A program made the position numbers and the translations under genes. The notes beneath the pieces were generated by a model. It did not search any database. It was given only the letters and a program-made list of their open reading frames with translations, and was not told the origin of the DNA. A stretch of 63,201 bases of DNA, the filler included, from Stramenopiles sp. TOSAG23-2 (taxonomy: Eukaryota): the NCBI GenBank assembly GCA_900128395.1. It is 18 parts of 18 records of this genome, joined end to end, with 100 filler letters (N's around TTAATTAATTAA, not from the genome) between each part and the next. Parts side by side here need not be neighbours in the genome. Positions count along the whole stretch, not along the records: positions 10,613 to 14,042 come from LT651211.1; positions 14,143 to 17,571 come from LT651212.1; positions 17,672 to 21,090 come from LT651213.1; positions 21,191 to 24,609 come from LT651214.1; 14 more parts are not named here. One strand, written 5' to 3'. Position 1 is the first letter of the stretch, and the number at the start of each line of letters is the position of its first letter. Of this stretch, positions 11,633 through 21,656 are shown in pieces.

Positions 11633-12455
11633 CTTGTTATCGAAAAACAATGTTGCAAAATGGAATTATTGTTATTATTGTTACCACAAAAACAATTAAA
11701 AATAATAAATGAATGTAAATAAGGAATACTATTATTACTACTACGAATATACCAAAACATACATCAACACATCAATATAATTTCTTTGAAACTTTTTTAT
11801 GCCTATAAGAAGTTGCCCAAAATTTGCAAAACACAACAAGAATATAGCATAGACATAGTATTAGTTCAGTAAGTAACATAGACACAACAGGTGTTACGAT
11901 GTAGGCTGTTTAAGAAGTTGATAGGGCTTGGACCAAATAGGATATCTTACTATACTTTCTGTGCATAATATTCCTTCACAGCTGTAATGCTATGTCGATG
12001 TATTATAATATTGAACCAGTTTCTTTTTTGGTTTGTACTTGGTTTTTGGCAAATTTGGCACTTTGCGACGCGAAGAAAAAATTGAAAACAAAACGTTGAA
12101 ATGATATACCTGGTACCATAGCCATACGCCTGGAAACAAATAGACGCATTTTTACCAGTGCACAACAACGACTTTTATACCTTTCAAATATATATATATT
12201 ATCACATACACAGAAAGAGAACAAAGAAAGAAAAGAAAAAACAAAGAAACATTTATAAATACTTTTTTTACAATCATCTTACCAATAACACAGGAAAAAC
12301 GAATAAAAAAAGCGTATATATTATACATTCTCCAGTTTTATTCATTTGATTTTTCTTATCTTTTCTTCTTCTTTTTCTTTGATTGAAATTTATTATAGTA
12401 TTTATACAAAGAACAACATATATACTACACACATAATCTTTATTTTAGTATTATT

Positions 12456-13391
12456 ATGTTGAACATAAATAGTAACCAAGTTACGCATTTGTTGGATCGA
12501 AAAGGTTTAGAAGAGCATAGGGACTATGTGTATCCAATATGCAGCCCAGATAGACGCACATTAAGGCGTACTACTGCTACGAGGGTAGAAGCAAACAACA
12601 ACAACGTAATGTCTGGTGCACGATATGGTTGGGGAAATGAAAATAATGATGAAAAAAAACAAGCACACGATAGGGAACAACAAGGTGAGGAAGAATCGAA
12701 ATATATGGACGATTCGGAAATCACAGGCAATTTTGCTACCCTTGGCAACTTTGATTCATCACATTTTCAAATACCAAGTTCAGTCATGTCTGAACTATCC
12801 AGAAACAATCAGTATACAAGCCCAACGCGAGAATTACAGCAACAAAGTCGTAATAGTAACAATTCTGATTATCAATTAAAATCCCCACAAAGGACATATA
12901 GTAGTGGCAACGGTAATGATGAAAATAATTATGTCATGCCTGAATCACATCCACAATCTTCCCCTTCACCAAGACGTCGTGCTTCTCCAATTCGACAAAT
13001 GGGGAATCAACAACAACCACAACAACAGACTTCACCATGGAGAAGACGTAGAACACATGATAATTTTGGTCGAAGGGATCCATTTGCTGATAATAATAAT
13101 AGCAATAATAGTAATAGAGGAATTAGACAACATTATCGTAATTTTGATCAAGGTGAAAATACAAATCCAATGAGAAGAAGACGCCAACAACAGCAACAAA
13201 ACAACAACAATGAAAACATGGATTCAAGATTTGAAGATGAAAATATTACTAGATTCCATAACAACAATAGAAACAATGTACAATATGATAATGAAAACCA
13301 TACGCAAAGAAATCGTCAACAACAACATCAACGTAATAGACCATCGTTGCATCAACGATTACGTCCATTCGATTATGAAAATTCACAATAA
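12456..13391 (+). CDS. Hypothetical intrinsically disordered N/Q/R-rich protein
   Basis: 311-aa ORF with coding-like composition in AT-rich flanks. Confidence 0.6.
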   Translation: MLNINSNQVTHLLDRKGLEEHRDYVYPICSPDRRTLRRTTATRVEANNNNVMSGARYGWGNENNDEKKQAHDREQQGEEESKYMDDSEITGNFATLGNFDSSHFQIPSSVMSELSRNNQYTSPTRELQQQSRNSNNSDYQLKSPQRTYSSGNGNDENNYVMPESHPQSSPSPRRRASPIRQMGNQQQPQQQTSPWRRRRTHDNFGRRDPFADNNNSNNSNRGIRQHYRNFDQGENTNPMRRRRQQQQQNNNNENMDSRFEDENITRFHNNNRNNVQYDNENHTQRNRQQQHQRNRPSLHQRLRPFDYENSQ

Positions 13392-13887
13392 ATAAAAAAA
13401 ATAATAAAAAATTCACACACAGTGTGTACATATACCAAGAAGAAAAAGGGAGAAGAGGACAAAGCTTATTTTCAATGGAATATATATACATAATTATGTA
13501 CATTTAAAACACACACATTATTATATATATATATAATATATATATTATACAACTTGTATTTTTGTAAAAACAACTTTCTCCCTCTCTCTAATGTACAACT
13601 CTGCTTTTATATTTTTCAACTAAAAAACCACCAACATTAACTACATTTTTTCTTATTATTATTAGCATTGAATAGCAGTATCATAAATATATATATTACT
13701 CATAGTACAATAATAACGGTTTGCACGTTTGATGTTGTCAATCAAATAATCAATAAATAAATAAATTGGGAGAAAGACAAAACAGATCAAGAAACAAAAG
13801 GTATAAATTGTAACAACTAGAAAACCAATCGTTTTGTATAAAGATAAAGAACATATAATAATAATAATAATAATAGTAAAATAAAAA

Positions 13888-14042
13888 ATGGATGAAATGA
13901 TGGCAGAACCGCCATCTAATCCATGGGTGTTTTTTGATATGTCAATAGATGGTAAACCAATAGGTCGAATAGTATTTCATTTAAGAGCAGATTTAGTCCC
14001 TATTGCAAGTGAAAATTTTAGATCATTATGTACAGCAAACAA
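13888..14042 (+). CDS. Cyclophilin-type PPIase, N-terminal fragment
   Basis: [39 protein letters not shown], cut by the gap. Confidence 0.85.
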
Positions 14043-14142
14043 NNNNNNNNNNNNNNNNNNNNNNNNNNNNNNNNNNNNNNNNNNNNTTAATTAATTAANN
14101 NNNNNNNNNNNNNNNNNNNNNNNNNNNNNNNNNNNNNNNNNN

Positions 14143-14903
14143 TTGCTAAATGGAAAGATTAAAATTGTTATAAGAAGCATTGCAGATGTACTTACAAACC
14201 ATAATTCATAATCTTGTAAATTTGTATATGCAAGTATTGCTCCACAACCTATATTTGATAAGCCCATTCCAAGGCTTAAAACACCCCTTACACGATCATA
14301 TGTATAATTATTTGGTTTGGGTGAATTTCGACATACGTCCATCACAGCAGAATCTCGAACACTTCCACTAGCTCTTCCAAATGCACTTAACAATACACCA
14401 GCAAACGTTAAATACCACAAACGTTTTATTTCAACATTGTCTCCAGATACTGGTAAAAAATCACCCAACAATATTTTTAAAGTATAAAAAACATTTGTCT
14501 CTGATATATTATCATCATATGCAAAAAATTGAATTAACAATAAGCAACTAGAAATAACAGTACCAATGCTTAATAATTTAAGAAAAAATGAGAACATACG
14601 TGTTCTCTCAATTAATATACCAAATAATGGAGTTGCCACTGCAATTCCAGCTGCCGTAACCGCAAAATAAATGCCAATTGAAGTATATGACAAATCAGCA
14701 TCTTTCAAAAATATGGCTAAAAAGGACCTTGCACACGCACCATTGATTCCAACACAAAAATATATAACTTTTGCAATTGAAATAAATGTTACAGCTTTGG
14801 CTCTTAAATATTTCTTTTCTTCCACAAGAGTATCATTCAACGATGTATACAATATATTCTCATCATGGTAATTATTATTGTTGGAAGGAGTCGAGGATGA
14901 CAT
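14143..14903 (-). CDS. Major facilitator superfamily transporter (MFSD6/MFS_1-like), 3' truncated
   Basis: Multiple TM segments; FLAIFLKDADLSYTSIG and YDRVRGVLSLG motifs. Confidence 0.7.
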
Positions 14904-15007
14904 TATAATTTCTTTTCTTCCACAAGAGTATCATTCAACGATGTATACAATATATTCTCATCATGGTAATTATTATTGTTGGAAGGCGTCGAGGATGACA
15001 TTATAAT
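14812..15007. repeat. 98-bp tandem duplication of the MFS gene start with one SNP
   Basis: TCCACAAGAGTATC at 14821 and 14919; GGAGTC versus GGCGTC. Confidence 0.9.
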
Positions 15008-15581
15008 CCTTGTGTTGAATTGAGGAAAACTCCACTACGCTGTAATAACAACACATATGTACACATATACACGCCGTTGTACTTGTTCTATCCTTTGTCA
15101 AATATCTTGCCACCTTGTTGGGTTTTTGGCCTTTTTCTTCTTTCTTGTTGAATATTGTGCTATTATTGTTTTTGTTGATGCGTGTTTTTTTTTAATGTAT
15201 AAAACCTACTATTATTACATATGTATTATTATCCCATATCCTTATTATTAATGCTATTCATATATTATACTAAATAGTAAATAAATAATTTGGCCACAGC
15301 CTTTTTCACAGGCTGCTTTTTTTTTCTTTCATTTTTTTGTTGTGCTTGTTGTTGCTGGTTTGCTGGTTGTTGTTTGCCAGTTTAAGAAGTTTGCTTATCC
15401 GTTCTAATTTTTATTATTTATACCAGGTATTGTGTAATAAATAGTAAAGTTAAAGTCAAACATTAATAGTATAATATTATAATATAATAATATATATCTT
15501 CTTTATATATACATATATATTAAATTATTATCATTTTCGTGCGCGCATCCGTCCGTATATATATTTTTACATTTCACGTCC

Positions 15582-17345
15582 ATGGCTAATTTACAAACCT
15601 CTCCTGTAAAGACTAGGAGAAATCCTAAAACACCGCCACCTAAAAAGTTCACGTCAGATGGTAAACCAATACCTGGTATACCAGAGTTAATAAAAAACGA
15701 TGCACTAGAAGTTAAATATGGCAGACAAAAGTATCGGCCAATAGTACAGGAAGATCCACGTTTTGGCATCGTAAGCCCATTAAAACGTGTAACGACGGCG
15801 CAGGCACGACAGAATACCGCTGTTTATAAAAGGTCTGATATGTTTCCACAGTGGCTAACAAAAGATGCTGATTTTAAACGAATATTTAAAACGAAATTTT
15901 TACCGGAAGATGTTGGTATACGAAAAGATCCAGATCAACGGACAGATAAGAATTTGCGGGATATGGGAGCGTGGTTCAATACCCATATTCTATTTAAGCG
16001 TTTTAGTTTGACACGATGTAAAGAAATTGCAAGAATTGCTGTTGCTAATGTATATAAAAACAATCAAGAGTTTGCTTCACATGCTGATACTAGGAATCAG
16101 CTATATATAGTACACCAAGGCGAAGTATTAGTACGCTCACCAACTTTAGGTGTATTGGGTGTATTAAAAGCTGGTGATAGCATAGGATACGTTGAAGGCA
16201 CTCCAGCAACATATCGAATGGCAAAAAGTCATGAAGGGGAATTTAATGTCAAATTAATTGCAATGAAACCCCATACAAGGGTTGTCGTAGTCAAACGTAG
16301 TGAATATTTATCTCGCATGCGCGTGTTTCAAGAAAATGAAATATTTAAAAATATGAAATTTTTTGAGAAACATGTCAAGCTTTTCAAGGAGTGGACATTG
16401 GGAAGGATATTAGTTTTTGCAAAGCAAGTATCAGAATGGAATGTGCCAAAAGGAGATTTCATTGTGCGCCAAGGTGAAGATAGTGATAAAATTTTCTTTA
16501 TCCGCGCCGGATCATGTGCAATTCAAAAGAGGGTAAAATATACAAAGACAAATGCAATACCAACACCATCTGGATTTACATACGAGGAGGTAACAATTGA
16601 TAAAAGCGTTGAGGTACTTGAATGTGGAATTGGCGATTTCTTTGGACATCAATCTATGCTAGATGGTGCTGCTAGTTACATCACCGCAGTTGCTTTAACC
16701 AATGTACAACTATTAGTCGCATCAAAGGAATTTGCTTTTACTATGTTTGGTTTTCGTGGCACCATGGAAAAATTAAGACAAGATGCTAAGCGCTTTTTAA
16801 CTGATCCGCAAATAATTGATACGTTAGAGCGATCAATAAAACAAAGATTAATGTATGCAGAAGCAATCAGTCACGTTCAAATGGAAGGCCATGTAAAAGA
16901 TGAAGGAACCATCATGAAATTCGAAGACGCTATACCGCAGCCATTAGCACATACGGTACATGGCAAAGAAAGATATGATGGTGGAACACTAGGCCATCAT
17001 TTTGACATACATAAAGCAGTCAACTTTAAAAAAGCAGAGAAAAAGGAAGCAGAAAGAAAACGAAGAATTAAAGTCATGTCTGGAGAAATTTCGTTCGATT
17101 TGGGTCAACGTATGAAGGCATGGGGGACAAAAGGTAAAAAATTAGTCCGAAGGAAATCAATGGTTATGTTTCGAGAACAAAAGAAAAAATTAGAGCGCAG
17201 AGGATCCACCACAAAGATTGATGATATGAAAAATTTAGAATTGCCACCAGCTGAAAGAAAAAATACAATTAAAGAAAATTTATTTAAAAAGAAAAGTAGA
17301 CCAAAAGGTATGAAGCGGTTAAGACGAAGAAATAGTGTAATGTAA
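15582..17345 (+). CDS. Cyclic nucleotide-binding domain protein (two cNMP-binding-like domains)
   Basis: LYIVHQGEV..LKAGDSIG and IVRQGEDSDKIFFIRAGSC..GDFFG..TAVALTNVQLL. Confidence 0.8.
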   Translation: MANLQTSPVKTRRNPKTPPPKKFTSDGKPIPGIPELIKNDALEVKYGRQKYRPIVQEDPRFGIVSPLKRVTTAQARQNTAVYKRSDMFPQWLTKDADFKRIFKTKFLPEDVGIRKDPDQRTDKNLRDMGAWFNTHILFKRFSLTRCKEIARIAVANVYKNNQEFASHADTRNQLYIVHQGEVLVRSPTLGVLGVLKAGDSIGYVEGTPATYRMAKSHEGEFNVKLIAMKPHTRVVVVKRSEYLSRMRVFQENEIFKNMKFFEKHVKLFKEWTLGRILVFAKQVSEWNVPKGDFIVRQGEDSDKIFFIRAGSCAIQKRVKYTKTNAIPTPSGFTYEEVTIDKSVEVLECGIGDFFGHQSMLDGAASYITAVALTNVQLLVASKEFAFTMFGFRGTMEKLRQDAKRFLTDPQIIDTLERSIKQRLMYAEAISHVQMEGHVKDEGTIMKFEDAIPQPLAHTVHGKERYDGGTLGHHFDIHKAVNFKKAEKKEAERKRRIKVMSGEISFDLGQRMKAWGTKGKKLVRRKSMVMFREQKKKLERRGSTTKIDDMKNLELPPAERKNTIKENLFKKKSRPKGMKRLRRRNSVM

Positions 17346-17497
17346 AATATTAGTTAGAGATACGATCCGTATTAATATATACTCTCTTCGTAATACTTGT
17401 TTTTTGTATTTTTAAAATAAGCCGTTGTGTGAAAAATCTAATTTAAAATAAATCGTATTCGTACATATAAACTCTTTTTCGTCTCTCCTTTTTTATT

Positions 17498-17571
17498 TTA
17501 ATTTGAACCAGGACAGTCGTCACATTTCCATTGATTATGAGGAATTATAGTACATGGAACTTGCATACATT
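17498..17571 (-). CDS. C-terminal fragment resembling the end of a PHD finger
   Basis: Minus strand reads CMQVPCTIIPHNQWKCDDCPGSN*, cut by the gap. Confidence 0.5.
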
Positions 17572-17671
17572 NNNNNNNNNNNNNNNNNNNNNNNNNNNNN
17601 NNNNNNNNNNNNNNNTTAATTAATTAANNNNNNNNNNNNNNNNNNNNNNNNNNNNNNNNNNNNNNNNNNNN

Positions 17672-18040
17672 TTAATTTACTCATGATAATTCCTACTCTC
17701 CAGAAAGAATACAATAACTGAGACAAATCTATCTCACTACACTGAAAGATGGACAATGAATCGTAACATTGCGATAGAGTTCATTGAAATCCACAGAATG
17801 TGCCAATATTTTTAAGATACAAAAATGTTGGTGGAGGTAAATAGATGCAATTAACGCATTATAAGCATCAATTGAAAACTGTGTATTGTTCAAAGGTGTG
17901 TGATACATCGTACCGTGGTAGAGTATATCATGAGCCGTCTTGCATATACAGTTTAAAGTGCAATGAATATGACTCGCATCAGAGTCAGTAATCGGCACAA
18001 GGTTGATTAAAGATATTTGGGCATCAGAACTGCGATTACA
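17672..18040 (-). repeat. Dispersed repeat family A, longest copy
   Basis: Minus strand ends CAGTTATTGTATTCTTTCTGGAGAGTAGGAATTATCATGAGTAAATTAA; about 150 nt align with 59310-59460. Confidence 0.85.
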
Positions 18041-18252
18041 CCGTATAATAAAAATATTTTTTTAAAAAAATATGTAATACTTCGTATTATATTACGCGCT
18101 TCGTACGACACACAACGCAAATTTTCATATTTTTTTTTATACCAACGTAAAAAATATCAATATCGGTGTTCGTGTACGAACGGTGGGAATATTTTACTCC
18201 ACACTCTTTTATACGATCGTATCACAATATACTTTTTAATTTTATATTTTTT

Positions 18253-20450
18253 TTACTTTTTTCCCTTCCATTTTAAATGTCGCTTTTCGTGCTGAATTAA
18301 AAGTTTTTTCAATCGTTTTATTTTACTTTTAGTTAAAACTTGGCCATTATGATCTTTAATTGGAAACCCATTGTCATCAAATTCACTATATGCACGATCA
18401 TTTAAAAATAATTTGTCAGGTGGTATTTTAATTTTCTCTGCAATTTTCGATTTCATTAATACATTTGTTTCGTAATCTCGTTTTTGTTTGGTATTTTTCC
18501 TTTTGATACAATTTAATTCGCTTTGTAAATTAGTAATTTCATTATTTAAATTCAATACCTTTTCTTGATCCATCAACTCCTTATACTTTGTGGACCAACG
18601 TCGTATCAATAAAGTGACTGCTAATAATTTCTGTTTCAATTTAATTTCATTTAAATTATTGTTCTTTATTGTTGTTGCTAATAAATCGGTTATAATATCT
18701 TTTTGTTTTAAAACATTTTGATATGCTTTTGAAGCATTACCTCTTCGAATTTCCATTTTTCCTATTTCTCCATATGTATTTGCAACATCTATATCGTTGT
18801 TACCATGTAATTTTTTTTGTATAGCTAATGCAGCTTCAAAATGTTGTTCAGATTCTTTAAATTGATCTAAGCGATAATGAACAATACCTAATTGACATTC
18901 TATGCCAGAAACATTGACATGAAGGGAATTGCCTTTCCCATAAATAGCATCGTATATTTGTCGTGCATCTTGCAAACATTGCAATGCGTCTTTTAATTTA
19001 CCACGTCTATCTAGTACACGTGCAAGCTGTCGTAACGTAGCAGCGCGGCCTCCACTACCAGCTTCTGAATCAACTGATAATGCAGATCTAAAAAACTTTT
19101 CTGCTTCGCTTAAATTATTTTCTTTCAAATTTACCACAGCAAGCTGATGCAATGTAGCAGATTCATCAGAAAATGCCAATACGATTGAATCACTTTCCTC
19201 TTCTTCTTCTTCTTCTTCTTGCTTATTGTTGTTATTTTGTATACGTTTTGTTTTACATTTCGTTTTAAGATTCAAAGACTTTATCAAGGCCATTTTTGCA
19301 TGTTTAAAATTATCTTTTTTCAATGCTAACACACCAATCTCATGATAGATAGCTGAAATATCAAATACTGATGTTGCATATGAAAGTGCACGTTTCATAT
19401 TTTCATCTGAATTATCATATTCTCCGCAATACCTTGCAACTTTTCCACGCGTTAAATATGCACGAGCAAGTGCATTTTTAACATTTGCTTCATCATGATC
19501 TTTTTTCAACGGTATGTCCTCCAATGTACCACATGCAATGTCAAGCAATGATAATGCAGCGTGAAAATGGCTTAATACCATTGACATGTACAATGCACAT
19601 TCGCACAATAATGTTGCTGCATCCACTTTTAAAGAAATTGAAAATTGTAATTTTGTTTGCAGTTTAGGGGTGCAAATATACATACAAATACTCTTTGCAT
19701 GAGCCAATATTTTTCCTGCCTCTTTCCATGTTACTGTTTTGGAAGGATTGAAAATCCATAGCGAACAGATAGACTTGTAGCAGCAATAAATGGATTTTTC
19801 TTGTTCTAAATTTGTTTGCGATGTACGTAGAAGAGATTGTAAAAGTCGATGAATGGAGGACGTATTATGTTGTCGTACTGTAAGCATCGAAAATGTTTTC
19901 AAATTAGCCCATATTTCATTCGTAGTCATCATTACATCAATGCCGTCGGGTGGAACAGCAACGGCAGCACTACTAGTAGTATTTGTTGCTGTGCCATATA
20001 ATTGCGTGATTCCATCTTTATTCTTCAATTTATTATTCTTGTTCTTTGATTTTATTGCTGCTGCTGCTGTTGCTGCTACTACTGTTGCACTTCCAGCTCC
20101 TACACCTATAGATAATAATAAACGATTTTGATTTGAGAGATTTAAATTACTATTCATTGAGGCTGCTTGTTTTGATGTAAAATACATACCAACACATGCA
20201 GCAATACCAGCTAATAATATAATTGTATTATTATTGTTTACAATTTTCGTTATTATGCTAGTATTATTATTATTATTATTATTACCTAAGCTTACGTCAC
20301 TATCATCATTATTAATATCATCAATCAATATTTTATTATCAAAAAAGATAATTTTTTGTAATATTTCTTTTGTAATATCATCTGGTGCCAAATAAGATAT
20401 ATTATGTAAAACACGTTTACTTAATTCTCCAACTTTAGCTATGGACAGGG
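18253..20450 (-). CDS. TPR-repeat protein resembling the C-terminal half of NB-ARC/STAND-TPR proteins, with a CysRS-like C-terminal tail; probably 5' truncated
   Basis: SYLAPDDI and SIHRLLQ winged-helix-like motifs, about 8 kinesin-light-chain-type TPRs, tail KIPPDKLF..YSEFDDNGFP..LTKSKIKRLKK. Confidence 0.75.
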
Positions 20451-20451
20451 T

Positions 20452-20856
20452 TTGGCGAATATACCAGCTGGATGTTTTCATCATAGTGGTGCTAATAATT
20501 TGAAAACTTTTCCGGATGAATCGTTAAAATATCAGTTGCGGGATTTAGGCGTAGCACGGTGTGGATTATTGATACTTCCACCTCACTTATCTAATTTTGA
20601 AAAGTTGATATATTTAGACGCTAGAGACAATAATATTACACTGGTTGATGATAATTTAAAAAAATTGGTGAAAAGGAATAGCATGGAGTCGTATTTTTCT
20701 GGAAATCCTGTTTGTCAAAACGACGAAGAACTAGATTGCCAACCGTTATGTTCAAAATATTGTTGGAGTAGAAATGTAGGTGGTAATGGATATTGTGACA
20801 TATTTTGTAATTCAGAGAAATGTCAATATGATGGTGGTGATTGTGGCCAAAATTAA
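20452..20856 (+). CDS. 3' fragment of an LRR + LNR (Notch-repeat-like) protein
   Basis: LRRs NNLKTFP and LIYLDARDNNITLV, GNPVC cap, then GNGYCDIFCNSEKCQYDGGDC; no ATG start. Confidence 0.75.
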   Translation: MANIPAGCFHHSGANNLKTFPDESLKYQLRDLGVARCGLLILPPHLSNFEKLIYLDARDNNITLVDDNLKKLVKRNSMESYFSGNPVCQNDEELDCQPLCSKYCWSRNVGGNGYCDIFCNSEKCQYDGGDCGQN

Positions 20857-21244
20857 TTTTTTTTTAACAACCGTGATATATAAATACTAATTTACCTTGA
20901 TATATACCGTGATATATATAATATTTTATATTTTATACTAATACTAGAGAAGTGTAAAATTCATATTTACTTTGTATCAATTAAAATGTACGAATAATTT
21001 ACACAGGCATAATTTATTTTTTTTAGAGTTTACTTAAGTAGATCAAGTGTAACATAATAGACTTCGTACTCAGTACACAGAGTATGATTANNNNNNNNNN
21101 NNNNNNNNNNNNNNNNNNNNNNNNNNNNNNNNNNTTAATTAATTAANNNNNNNNNNNNNNNNNNNNNNNNNNNNNNNNNNNNNNNNNNNNGGTATCAATC
21201 GTAGTCAAACGTATTGATACGATACACACACACACACACACGAT

Positions 21245-21330
21245 GGAACAAGGTAGAAGGAACAAGGTAGAAGGAATAAGGTGGAAGGAACAAGGTGGAA
21301 GGAACAAGGTAGAAGGTAGAAGTAACAAGG
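21245..21330. repeat. 14-bp purine-rich minisatellite GGAACAAGGTRGAA
   Basis: About 5-6 units following a (CA)n tract. Confidence 0.8.
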
Positions 21331-21656
21331 AGGAAGAGAAGGTACAGTACCCAGAGTATTAGAAAAGGAATGGTTTGTACAAAGGAACGAAAACGGAGTT
21401 GAAAAAAATTTATGAGATGAATATTACATCAATATTATATATTTTATAAGATATATAGGTATTTATACTTACTACATTATAGCTTAAAATTATTACTTGT
21501 ATGTCCAACACCCCACCAAATCCAACCCAAAAAAAAAGGCCAAAAAAGCCAAAATAAATAGGTTTCCATTCCATGGCCGGACTTATATATGTGTATATAC
21601 ACAAAGATTATCACACTCTTAAAGATAACCATCTCTCTATATACAATCAATTAAGA

